Assembly (NCBI GenBank): GCA_001643675.2
Contig: LSRY02000059.1
Span: forward strand, 431,362-495,361
Length of the DNA stretch: 64,000 bases
From: Monocercomonoides exilis PA203
Lineage: Eukaryota; Protista; Preaxostyla
Reading direction: 5' to 3'
Positions 24,431 through 37,800 of this stretch are shown here, in pieces. The notes under the pieces were generated by a model. It was given only the letters and a program-made list of their open reading frames with translations. It was not told where the DNA came from and ran no database searches. Positions within the stretch are counted from its first letter, which is position 1. Every line of letters starts with the position of its first letter. Position numbers and translations under genes: made by a program.

Positions 24431-25995
24431 CAGTCTGTCCCAAAAAAATGTTGATCTGTCCTTTTTTAATGTTCATCATCCCATGCTTATTAAATAAAGG
24501 ACATACCATATTTTATATTTATTAAATGGATAATAAATAAAAAAAAATTAATTTCATGTAAAAAATGGAGTTATTCCTATATTTTTTGCTAAAACATGAT
24601 CAATGATGTTTATTGTTTGTAATTCAAAAGTTCATTTACAGATTATGCAGCTGTTTAATGTCATATTCTTTCATTATCATTCTCACTCGAATTGGTCTTA
24701 AAAGAGAATATTCTTTTAAAAATCTTTGGATATCTGTTTGTTTTTTTGATGATTATTTATTGATTCGTGTTTATTTCATATTGTGACTTTTTTGAACTAT
24801 TTGAATCAGTTTCTTTTATTCATATGTTTATTTTATACTCCGAACTTGTATTTGTCTGTTTTATTCGTGCTTTTCACTTCTAAATCTCAGAATAAAATTG
24901 AATATTGATTTTTGACTGTTGCGCTTGTTTCATTATTCTTAATTTTAGATATATATAAACAAAGAAAGCGATCAAATATCTCATTGATCACACTTTGGAT
25001 TCAAGAAAATATGATTCATTTTTTCTCACTAATCGCAAGTGTCAACACAAAAGTTTATGAATTTATTTATTTTGTCTCTTTACACATCAAAAATATCACA
25101 AAAATAAAAAATCTTCATTATGATAAAAAATCAAAGTTTTGAAATCAAAATTAAAAGTTCATAATCTTGTTTTAAACAAATAAATTGTCGCTTTCAATAA
25201 TAAATGCAATAATTAAGGAAAATAAAAAGTTGAAGTTATAATGATTTTTTCAACACATAGAAAGCATGAGAAGGATATACTCTGCAATAAAATGACAGAA
25301 CAAATTAGCTTATTTGAAGAATGCACTAAATTGAAGTTTTTTTAAAAACAGGTATTTTGCTAAAATATGGAAAATTTGAGAACAACAAACCGACTGTTTC
25401 TGTTGAATTAACTTTCCGTTTCGCATGCGATAGTTTTTTGACTTAGAACCAATCATGAGGTGATCTTCGATATGTTTCATTATTCAATCTTCACGATATA
25501 TGGGTCATTCTTTTTGAAAAGTCGCAAATGTTTAATTTGCAAATAAATCAAAATTTTCATATTTTGCTCAAATTTCTGTTTCCACTCACCAAACTTCACT
25601 AATATGGAATATATTTTTGGATAATGCTATTTCATTCATTCTGAAGAAATTTTGTGAGTGGAAACAGAAATTTGAACAAAATGTGAAATTATTGATTTAT
25701 CTGAAAATTAAACATTTGCGACTTTTCAAAAAGAATTACCCATATGAAAGATACAAAACCAAAAAGAAAATGCATAAAAATGGTAAATTGAAATTGAATG
25801 ATTATTACGTGCGTACCATTTCTATTTTGTTTATTTTCGAGTCATTTACTCAAAGTGCTCTTAAGCAAAGCATGACATAAACAAAACATATCAATCACAC
25901 TCTTATCATGCAATTTTTGGCATCCTTCATTGATATTGTTGATGGTATGATCAACATAAAAAAAGGACAGATCAACATTTTTTTTGGACAGACAG
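24431..25995. mobile_element. Non-autonomous Tc1/mariner-like DNA transposon (~1.56 kb) with ~55-bp TIRs and TA target duplication
   Basis: Left end TA|cagtctgtcccaaaaaaatgttgatctgtccttttttaatgttcatcatcccat. Right end atggtatgatcaacataaaaaaaggacagatcaacattttttttggacagacag|TA. No transposase ORF was recognised inside. Confidence 0.8.
25498..25745. mobile_element. ~250-bp foldback MITE nested in the Tc1-like element
   Basis: atatgggtcattctttttgaaaagtcgcaaatgtttaattt...aaatttctgtttccactcac is mirrored by gtgagtggaaacagaaattt...aattaaacatttgcgacttttcaaaaagaattacccatat. Confidence 0.8.
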
Positions 25996-27605
25996 TAGAA
26001 GATAATTCAATAATTTGTTCCAAGTTTTTTTTTCAATCAAAAAAAGGTTATTCTGACATTTCCGTGCAAAATTGAATATTGAAATATAAAAAAAGTTGAG
26101 AAAAATCTTTGAAAGAGCTGTGTAGAACAAAATTCATAAAACAATATATTTCGTCACATATGTATTCAAATAAAATAACTCTTGTGATCTTTTTCATGAG
26201 TCTATTGTATTTCACAAAGCAAGAGAAGAGCAAATTAACTGGAGATTTGTAATGTTGCAAAATTTTTTTATTATCTTAAGCTTGAAAATAAGGGAGGAAA
26301 AAAATAGTTATTGAATTTTTTGAAAAGTTTTTTAAGCATTATTTTCAGATGAAAGTTAAAATTCAATATTTTTATCACATTTTGATTCAAACTTTCCAAA
26401 TTTCTCTTGGACAAAAATTGAAGTACTGTCAAGCATTTATTAACATGCTGGTGAATTTTGGTTTGTTGGAATGAAATTTTGGATTAATTAACTATTATTC
26501 ATTATCACCTGAAAATAAGACAAATGGAGCTTTCAAAAAAAAAAAAAAAAAAAAATCTTGAAAACGAGAAGTTATAAAAGTGATGTTTTTCAAAAGAATG
26601 AAGATCACTGGGTGATTATTTTTGTTTCCATCTAGGGGGCATATTATATCTTGACCTCAAATTTTTATCTCAACCCTTTTTTTTTTATTTTTGCAACTTT
26701 CTGATGCTTTTTTCGAGCACAACAAATGTTTGAAACAAAAAATTAAAAAATTCTCAATTTTATCATAATTATGATTTTCAACTTTCTGTTATTTTATCTT
26801 TTGAACATTTTTTGTTCACAAAAATTGTAATAATTTTTTTAATTCAGTACCCAGATCAAAGACTTGATGGCAATGAAGTGAATGTATTATGCAAAACGTT
26901 TTTAGCCACAACATTTCAATAATATGGGACAAAATATTTGACTTCAGGCATTTTCATTGAAAAATTATGCACTTTAAAATGAACTTTTTTGTTATCAAAG
27001 AAATTGAAAAAAATGGGTTCATTTTTTGAAAAACATGTGAGGTTACAAAACATTTTGTTATTTCATCAATGATGCATGATACCGGATATGAAAATCAAAT
27101 TCATATTGAAATCTGAATAAGTTTAATAATGTTATTAGGAAAACAATTTTTTTATGCTTTGTGCATAAAAAGCTTGAAAGTCCGAATTTTCCCCCATATA
27201 TTCCCGTATTATTATTTTAACTTGTTTTTACTTTTTCAAAATAATTTTAGACATTTTGTTCTTATTTCACTGTTTTTGCTTAAAACACGATTTTTAATAT
27301 AAACAAGTGTTTGTGTCAAATTATGCGTAAATGAAAAAAATATTCAAAATTTTATTTATTGTTTATTTGTATTAAGCATTGAAATGAAAAGGATCTTTTC
27401 AAGAATTTGAACTGAAAAGCAAGTATAGATGATTTTTTTGAAATTCAAATTACCAAACATATTCAAACAAATAAATATTTTGACACACGAGAATCGTTAT
27501 ATTTTTATAATGTTCATTTATCATTTCAAAGAATTAGAAAACAAAAGTTTATTTATTTTGGAAATCGTGTTTTTTTGGAAAATGTGTGAAATGAGAAAAA
27601 ATGTA

Positions 27606-27955
27606 AATAGTTGGGTGCAAAACCTGCACACTTGACATTTTCTTTTGAAATGCTCTTCCACTTTTATATATGTGAAAGCGTTTGGCATTTTGATGCAACC
27701 AGTGACTTTTTTTGTCCAACATTAAGTCTTTCGAATGAAAAATTAAAAACAAAAATTTTTGATCTTTTTTTATCTTTTTATCAAAAATTTTTGTTTTTAA
27801 TTTTTCATTCGAAAGACTTAATGTTGGACAAAAAAAGTCACTGGTTGCATCAAAATGCCAAACGCTTTCACATATATAAAAGTGGAAGAGCATTTCAAAA
27901 GAAAATGTCAAGTGTGCGGGTTTATGCACAAGTGCGGGTTTATGCACATACTATT
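27606..27955. mobile_element. ~350-bp near-perfect palindromic foldback element (MITE-like)
   Basis: Arms 27626-27763 and 27780-27917 are reverse complements around a 16-nt pyrimidine loop. Termini are aatagt...actatt. The right end has a tandem duplication of gtgcgggtttatgcaca. Confidence 0.88.
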
Positions 27956-28869
27956 AAATAACTAATTGAGGAAGTAAAAAACAAATAAATCAAATAAAAA
28001 AGAAACAGTGTATAATGATATGAAAGCTTAAAACCTCCTTCAAAAAATATTCGATGGAAAAGCAGCAAGTCAATGATCTTAACAAAATTATAATAATCCT
28101 CGATCTTTTTGAAAAACATGAAATATTGAAAAAAAAAATACTGAATAAGGAAATTAAAACATTTAAAACATTTCTGGTTATTTTTTATTAATCACAGGCT
28201 TGCGTAAAGCTAAAAGCATGACAAAAAAGAAAAGGGTCGTGATAAAGAAAAAAGGTCAAGATAAAATTATAGCCATATAATATCTTACTCAATTTAAGGT
28301 TTTAATGCAATTTTTTCATGCTTTCATAACAAAGGGATTGTTAATAACTTTAACAACTTCAATTTTTTCTTGGAGTGAAAAAATTGTGAAAAATAACTGA
28401 TGTGCTTTTCGTTGCAGTATGCCATATATTTTTTGAGTATATATATGCTAATGAATGTTTCGTAAAAAAAAAAAGAACTTGAAAAATTCTGCGTGCAAAG
28501 AAAGAATCCAACAAGAATCAACCATATTTATTTTAGTGATATAACTCTTTCACTTTGTTAACGTTTGCTTTAATAAATTTTATTTCATCTCTTCAATATG
28601 TCATTTGCTATCCTCACATTAACAACACCTCACCCAAAATATTATTCCATAAAAATTTGAAAAATAATCTTGTTATTTTTTTTAAACAGATATTACAACA
28701 ATAAAAAGTAACTAAACTAATTGTAAAATATTTTAAATTATAAAAACTGAGATTGAGCAACTTTTGTCAGACGAACACATCTCATTCATAATAGAAATTG
28801 TATTCAGGCTTAACTTTCTATTTAAGAATAAGTCTGTAAAATTTGAATTTTCATTGCTTTTATAACATT

Positions 28870-31800
28870 TCACATAACTCGTTGTGACGGAAGCAACAAC
28901 AATAAATCCCTCTTCCAAACATCAAAACGATGCAAAGCAATTGCACACAATCTATTCCTCAGATTGCGAAGCCAAATGCAAAATATCTCCAGTCCACATT
29001 CAAGTTTATCGCTAAATTCTAACGTAACAAGCTCCGAAAAAACACTCCTTAAAATTATACACGACATCCATCTCATTGTCGACCTTATTAAAATCCTAAG
29101 TTCTCTCAATGCAAAATATTCTGCTAATTTCCCATCAAAACAATAGAGAAAAGAAATAGATTGTAATCTTTCTAACGGATATTTTCGTATATTTTTGAAG
29201 CATAGTCCGATAGGAGACCGCTTTGTAACCATGGTATTATTGTTTGAAGCAGTCAACATTCCATATTTATTAACACAGTTAGCATTTACACAAAATGATG
29301 TAGGTACGAAGTCGATATCCTCCTTGCATCCATTTAAAGAAAAATTCATTAATCCAAATGAGCAGCGTTGCCCAATATGTAACTTATGTGAATATGTAGA
29401 TTTCTCTTTGCCAGAAAAGACTTTTTCACTTTCGGTGGTATCAGACCTTTTCACACTTTTATCTGATTTCAACAGTTCTTCTTTTTCTTGCAATGTCTTT
29501 TCAATATCTTCATCAATATTAAGCACTTTCTCATTCAAATATACGGGCATCCACATTGAATTATCCGTTGGATCATTTTCGTCATCTTCAATGAAATTAA
29601 TTTTTATATTCTTTCTTATTGCGTTTGTTCGAATGACACGTTGAAAAGAATTGTGATGAGTTAACGGTTTTTCAGATTTTTTGATTACTCGAATGAATGG
29701 AGTTATTGCATTTTGAAACTTCTCGTTTTTGGCATTGATAGATGTTTCATCACTTTTCAGTTTCTTTTCAGTTTTATTTAAAGAAATCTCAGAAAGATAT
29801 CTCATTTCCCTTTTTCCACTATGATTCACTTCTTCTTTTTCATTCTCTTTGAATAAACAATTTTCCTTCAAAGAATCTTCTTTTTTATTTTGCTTTTCTT
29901 TTTCTCTATCTTCTTCCACTTCTTTTTCTTTTTCTTTTTCTTTTTCTTTGACTTTATCTTTTTCATTGTCTTTCTTTCCCTTGTCATTTATTTTTTCCAT
30001 CTCGATTTCTTTTTCTTTTTCTTTTTCTTTTTCTTTTTCTTTTTCTTTTTCCCTTTCCCTTTCTTTTCTTTTCTCAATTCTCCTCAACCTGTCTCTTTCT
30101 CTTCTTCGTTCTTTTTTTAATCTCTCTTTATCTTTTTTTGATAGCTTTTTATCTTTAAGTGCTTCTTCAATTTGACTACTCCGAATAAGTGCTTTCTCCT
30201 CTTTGCTTTTTAGTAGTTCTTTTTTCCCTTTGTCTAATGACTCTGACTTCTCTTTCAGATTGTTATTTCTTTCATCTTTCTTACTAAGGTCGCGTTGTCT
30301 TCGATATGAAAATGCTGACGAATTCAATTGTTTCATATACTCTTTAAAAAAACGCTCACTTTCTTCTTTCTTCTTCCTTTGCTCATGAAGAAAATACGAA
30401 AATGGAGACGATGTTTCTGTTATTCTATTCTTCGCTACTGGCTTTTGAGTTGCTATCGGCTTGCTCGAATTAGTTTTCTTCACTTCCAAATCATCCTCAA
30501 TATTTGATTGTGAAGACGAAATCTGTGCATTTTCAAGCTTATTTCCTTGCTTTTCTTCATCATCTTTTCCATGTTTGCTAGTTTGAGATCGGGTCAATAG
30601 ATTCTCTTTTTGGAGCCTCTCCACATTTCTCGTAATTATTCGCGAATTGCTCTGTTGAGAATTGTCCTCTTTTGGTTGTTCTTCTTGTATTTTTCTCTCT
30701 TCATTAATTTTAGCTTCAGAAGGTGCTTCAATTGATTGTTCTTCTTTACTCGTGCCTGATGATAATTCTTTTTTTTCTTCTTCCATCTTCTTCAACTTCA
30801 TTATTCTTCGCTTTTCTCTTTTCATTTCAAAATCTTTTTGCCTTTTCAAACGGAGTGCATTGTCTCTTTCTTTTTGGTACCTTCTCTTTTGCTCTCTTTT
30901 TATTGCTGTTTCAATTGCCTTCTCAACTTCAGCCGTTCCAGAAAGCGGCCGAATTTTCACAAACGAATTCCATTCATCCAATGCTCGTTCATTTTTAGAA
31001 GAAAAACGTAACGAAGGCAAAAATAACTTCTCTCCATCATCTTCACCATCATCAACATCTTCTTCACCACTGCCTGTAAACATATCTGGGGGTTGGTTGG
31101 TAGTCGTAGAGACAGATCGTGTTATATGCTTTTTCGGAGTATCTTTTGAATCTTTGGGACCAGATTTTTCTTCTTCATTGAAATCCATTTGAATTTCCAA
31201 TTTTTTTGATTTTATGTTTGAGATAATAATAGATGAAGACGAAGCAGACGAAATCTGAGTCGATGATTTCAATTTTGGAATGGAAATTGATAACATGTAA
31301 TCAAACGACAATGTAGAAGCCAATTTTTTAGCATCAAGCAAATTGATTGAATACATTCCTGGCTGTTTCGTTGTAAATGGCAGAGTCGTAGCAAAATATG
31401 GACAAAGTGACAAAACAGATTTAAACGAAGTTTGAACAGGAAGAATTTCATTCAAGGTAATACGGCACGATGGCGGCTGCAAATTACTATTTCCCATCAT
31501 AACAGAAATAGAGAAGTCTTGCGGTTGGCTGATTGACAAATCTCCATCGACAGACAGCGTTGAAAGAGGTATCGATGATGGAATTTCAGCAAGTTGCGTT
31601 TTTTCAAAGAAAGGCTTGGTTTCCGTATCATCAAATGGCAAGCTAGAAAGTTGTGTTTGATTTCCAGAGGAACTTGCAGAACTTGAAGTCGAAGATAAAG
31701 TCGAAGATGCTCCAAAAAGTGAAGGGCTCTTTGTCAACTGTGATTCTGATGAAGATGGAGCATCCACTCTGTTAATTGTTGTAATGTATCCACTCGCGAC

Positions 31801-34800
31801 AAACACTGGCTTAGTATCAAATCTAACCCAAAACACTGGATCACCAACTCGTAATTGTGAGTCTATGCTGGAAACTTGGATCGATAATGGAATATCAAAC
31901 TGGCAATAAAACGGGTAATTCGACGTTTGTGATGAATCAATAGAAGAAGAAGGCTTCTCGCTGGATGGCGACTGTTGAATGGAATCTGCAGATTTTTCGA
32001 TCGAAGAGCGAGAAAGAATCGAAAAAGGTGATCGAGATGGTGATTTCTTTGATCGATGAGTTTCCTTCTGAATTGCTTGATTTAGCATCGCAGTAAGTTG
32101 GCTAAAGTTGAACGCTGACGGAGGTATTAAAAATAACCAAATTTTCGGTTGATATCGTTTCGAGTACTTTTTATATGTCTTGCTCTTAACTTGCGGAGAC
32201 CGACTTTGAACGACAGCTTCTGGGGGCTCAATGCTTTTGCTTGTTGAAGAAGATCTAGTAATATATTTCGATTTTGGCTCCGGAAGAACTTCTTCACTTT
32301 TTATCACCTTGACAGTCTTCATCTCTGGCGATTTTTCAGGTTTTTCTACAACTTTAACTTCCTTAATCTTTTTGGACTCTTTTTCTTTCCCTTTCTCTTT
32401 CCCTTTCTCTTTTTCTTTCTCTTTCTCTTTCTCTTTCTCTTTCTCTTTCTCTTTCTCTTTCTCTTTCTCTTTCTCTTTCTCTTTTTCTTTCTCTTTTTCC
32501 CTTTCCTTTGCCTTTTCTTTCTCTTTCTCTTTTTCTTTTTCCTTTGCCCTTTCCTTTTCCTTTTCCTTTTCTTTTTCCTTTCCTTTTCCTCTTTCTTTTT
32601 CCACGTTTTTCTCTTTAATTTCAGCAGGTGAAAAGTGGAAGTTGCTTGCACCGACTTGAGGTGAACTTGAAAAATCTTGTTTCAACCACATCATAACTTC
32701 CTCTTCGTTACTAAGCTTCCTGCTCTTGTGCCGTTTTTTCAGAAGAACAGATTCAATCATCCACCCTGGAAGAGTGAAAAACTCTGGAAGAAGATGCAAC
32801 TTCCTTGGATCAACTGTCGGCAACGAGAAATGTGCAGAGCTTTCTGAACGCTTACTTGCAGAAGCAGAATGTTTTGAGAATGAAAATGCTTTTGTGATTG
32901 AAGATGATGACTTTGATGATGAACGCAATTTCCCTGTTTTCACTGGTATTTGAGTTATCTCTTCATCTTTATTCAGCAATTCGATGATGCCAGTATTTAT
33001 ATATTTGTCTTTAAACCCAGGAACAGGAGATTTTATGATGTTAAAATTAACTTGCTCTTCTTTTTCTTTCTTATGCGTCTCTGGCTTTTTTGGCTCTGGT
33101 CGTACAGGCTTTCTCAGAAATAGTGTTGGACGTCGCTGTTTTCTGAAGTATGATTCATTATCATAACTTTTCGGATGAGTCAACTTTGTGCGAAGACCAA
33201 AATGCTCAGCTGCAGCTGAAGAGACTCTCACAGTTTCAACAGAAGACGAAGGAGAAGACAAAGAAGTATCAGATGAAGAGGAAGATGAGCCAGAAGAATT
33301 TGTAAAGTATTTTGATGAAGTATACATCGAAGGCAACTGCAAAGATTCAAGTTCAGTATTTCTTTTAATAGCTGATCTTGTTTGAATGGGAGAAGAAGAA
33401 GAGTGGCGAGTTTTTACTTCTGACACAAATTTCTTCTTTGGCGTATTTCGCTCCTTCAAAGTTTTGCCGTTTGTTTCAACACTTTTAGCAATGGATTCAT
33501 TTGAAGAAGAATCTTCATTGTTTGCTGTTGCATTGTTCGAAGTTTCTGGTAATATGTTTTCTGTCCGAGGTTCGTCTTTGGTCCGCTGTAACGATTCTTC
33601 CTCTGATTTGATATTTTCATTCCCATCTGAAATCATTGCAACTGTTGACAATAAGTTCAAATCTTCCTCTTTTCTGGAACTTAACGGTGTTGATACAGCA
33701 GATAGATCAGATGATTCAGGAAAAGAAGAAGCAGGCAAAGAAGAGTCAGGCTCAGATTTAAGAACAGATGGTGATTGGTTTTGGGCAACTGACTGCTTTT
33801 CATCGGCTGATGTATCTTGTGTTGAATTTGAAGAATTTGAAGAATTTGAAGAACTTGAATTTGGTGAACTCGTTTTCAAGTTTGATTTTGTGACTTGTGA
33901 TGCAGATTTTGGAGAAGTGAAATAGTGATCTAACGAAAGCTGCTTTTGCTTTGGCGTGTGGAATTTGTCTGGGGTCGAGTGAAGAGGCGAAGAGGAAAGA
34001 GACGACATTGAAGTTCCCATTTGCCTCGAAGGTGAAGGAGTCGAGGAAATTGAAGAAATAGCAGATGAATGAGATGGCGACTCAGTCATTGAACGACGAG
34101 TGCTTGTCAATTTTTTTTCTTTTATTGTTTTGCTTTTCTGTGTTTTCTGGGAAGTGGGCTTTGTTTGAGTTATTTTTGAAGGAAGTTCATTTGATTCTAC
34201 GATTGGTGTTGAATTTTGAGTTGTTGCATCTTCAATCTCCATTTTTCCAGTGGTTTCCGTTGCTTCAAATAAAGGTTTAACTTCTTGTTCTTTCACTTCT
34301 TGTTCCTTTTCATCTGCAACTTTGTTTTTTTTCTGTTCTTTTCGGCTGTCCAAAAATTCATCAATCAAATCACAAATCATCTTTCGTTTCAATTTGTAAT
34401 TATTTCGATTCGACAAACGAGTAGAAAAAATATCACTGCAATTCTTGTTGTCAAATTTATTGGATAAAGAAAACTTGTTATTTAACTGTTGCATTCTATT
34501 GATTCCATTCGAAGATTGCTTAATATATGAAATTCCTTGTGGCATGTGCTCAAAAAGCAATTTGCTGTTTGCTACTAATTGATCGGAATAAGACGGAAAA
34601 GAATTCACAGAACTTAAATGAGGTTTATGACTTTTAGTTACGGGAAAAAATGAACTTGCTGTAATAGAATGAATCACTGGATGAAATTGAGGTGAATCAG
34701 CAATCGAATCAATATATGAATCAGAATTTTCGTTTCCGATTGGAATAATCTGTGAATTACTTTCATCAAAAGTCCTTTGATTCATGCTTTTGTCAACGAG

Positions 34801-37800
34801 AACTAGTGGATTGCTGAAATTGACAGTCAAAGGAATTATTCTGGAAGCAGCCACATCTTGCAAAGATGACGAGCCAATAAAACTGGATACCTGCGATGAC
34901 GTAGTGAATGAATGTCGAAAAGGAGAACTTGCCTTCGGGGAAACTGATGAATGATCCAAATATGAAGCAGAAAAATCAGTGCTTTTTTTAATGGTGCTTG
35001 CAGAAGGCGTAGGTTGTATTGAATCTGATGACGGGGAAGGTGTCAGAAAGGGTGAATACGTACTAGAATCAGTGCTACTATTTGGAGTGTTTGTATCAGA
35101 TGGTGAATGAGAAGGCGATAAAAACATTGAATTTTCACAGCTCGCCGATGAAAAAGAAGAATTGGATTGAGATGAAGGTAATGGAACATTTGAGATAGAA
35201 AAGGCTGCAGGTGATGATGCAACCAATGAATTATTTCGAACTGGCGTTGTCAATGGTGATTGAACATAATTGCATGATGAAGGAACAGAAGGCATAGACA
35301 ATTGACTTTCAGATGTGTCTTTGGTTTGCTTAATATCCATAGAAGTTGCACTATCATTGCACGCTTTTTGATCAGTGAAAGAAATTGGCTCAAATGGCAA
35401 TTCAGCAGCAGCATTGTTATCAATTGTGTCTGATCTCATGTTGTTATCTTGTTCCATTCTTTTGTACACATTTGCCATTTCTTCCACACAGGTAAGTGCG
35501 CGATTCAAGCAAGAGTCGAACAGTGCATCACATTGTGCAGCAAATGCAACATCAAACTGGGTGCAGTTGCAAAATGGCTGCAAAAACCTATTGAGAATGT
35601 TCAGAACGTCAGCTGGCACGTTAAAAGAGAAAGGAGATGGCTGAGCAGGTTTCTTTGTTTTGGTTTTGGTTTTTGTTTTTGAGCGAAGAGGAGAAATATG
35701 CGAAATTGTGGATGTTTTGCTGTGTTGGTTTGTGGATGAGTTTGAGGTAAACTTTAAAGGAGAAGATTTGAAAAATGATAGATTTTGTCTGTTTGATGTT
35801 GAACTTTTCATTTCAGAAACAAGTTTTGAAATGTGCTTTTGAGATACAAGATGAGGATTAACCAATGAAATCAGAAGGTCTTGTGGAATAGAAGAGAAAA
35901 AATTTGGTTGCTTTTCTGGTTTTTCAAGCGATAAAACAATATTGTGATTTAGCACTACGGGACGAGAAGGAGTGATAACAGAAGATTGGAATGGCGTAAC
36001 ATTACACGAGTATAGGAGAGGAGGATTAAGTTGGAACTGCTGTAATGAATATTGAGAAAAATCATTATTTTGATTTGATTTTCCGAACAACGAGATGTTT
36101 GATGGTGAATAACCATGAGAATTGATTTCAGATCTGATATTTTGATTGCTGTTACTCCTTCCTGTTGATGAAATAGATTGTGCCTTTTGAGAAATGACTT
36201 TGTGATTAGAAATAGAACCCTTGCGTGGAGGTCTCCCCCTCTTTTTGTGTAAAATGGGTTGAGAAGTGGATTTTTTGATCAATTCCTTTTTCAATTTGGC
36301 TTTTATCTGAGTGGCTGATGTGTTGTGTGGAAGGAGATATTTTCCTTTGATTGATGACGGTTGCAATCGAAGAAGGCGCTTTCCGTTTATTGAGTTATTA
36401 TTTGAGGGCAAAGAAGATTGAGAATTTGCCTCTACTGTTTTTGCGTCTTGTTCAGTCTCGTTTCTTGGCTCATTGATAGAATACAATTCTTCTATTTCAT
36501 CATCTTTCATATCAACAGTTTGGTTCTCCGTTGTTTCTTCTTCTGATTGAACACTTTGTAATTCATCAACATCATTTTCTCGGTTGTCTGCAACTGATTC
36601 AGCAACACAAATGATTGTCTGCTGAGACGAGTCTTTCTCCATTTTTGAATCACGATCCTGCTGCGGTGATGACTTTGGTGTAATAGAAAGCAGTTGGTAA
36701 GGCAGTTGAGATGCTGCAGGTGTAATAATTTGCGTGAATGTTAGTGTGGAAATAGGAGAAGCGTCATTTGCCGTAAGAGCAGTTGGCGCAGTTGTCAAAT
36801 CAGGAACACATGCACTCGATTCATTTGTTTCATGTGTTGCTTGCTCTGAAAGTAATGCATTGTCGTCATCCATAATGTCACCTTCAGATTCATCGGAAGC
36901 GTTATTTGAGGAACTTGCTGACATTTTAGTCTGAAGATCCACATTATCTTCATCGCTAATCTTGTCACTTTGTGTAACATTTTTATCACTCTGATTGATT
37001 TCTTCATTTTCAAGTTCATCAGATCTCATTTGCTGTGAAAGGATTGACTTTTCTGGATCAAATTTCGATAAATCAGTAATTTCATTTGTTTCGTTCATTG
37101 GACTTGCGCTAACATCTTCTTCATTTAAACTGTCTTCACCTTTCATTTCTGTTGTTTCTGTATCCTTCTCATCTTCCAAGCTTATTGCATTCCAATCATT
37201 CTTCGCCTCATTGCTTTCCATCAAAAGCTCTGTTTTCAGCAAGCTGATGAGATACTCACCTTCCCGCTCCTTCTTTGACTTCTTCCCAGAAAATTGCGAA
37301 GTCGGATTGATTGAGATTTTTGAAGTCAAAGCCAAAGATTTCACACACTTCGAATACAACCTCCTGTTTTCAGCTGAATTGTCACTTGCAATAAGAGATT
37401 TCATCTCTTCAACTTCAAACGGAGAGAAAGTGAGAATTCGTGGTGTGTTGGCATTTGATGATTGCTGTGGGCTCAGCTTTACGATTGCTGGTTGCGGAAT
37501 ATTAGTTTGAACTATAAGCTCTTCTGATGGTTTTTCCTCCTTTTTGCTATCCACGTACCTTCTCAATTTATTGTTTTGATAGGAATCCGAGGAAATTGAC
37601 GATGTGAACGAAGAAGACTCTGTGAGAAATCGGATTTCTTTGTTTAATTGCTTCTTCTTTGGGTGCGGACGCTGACTTGTTGCAGATTCAGGTACATCGA
37701 CACTTAAACTACTTTTGTCATCACTCTTAAAAATAGTCATTCCGTTGCTTGACTTATCAGATAAAGTTTCATCTTCATTTTTATCTGATTGTTCTATATT

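Noticed and set aside
27549-27961. Two near-identical ORFs on opposite strands (132 and 116 aa)
   Set aside because: By-product of the perfect palindrome; no protein-like features.
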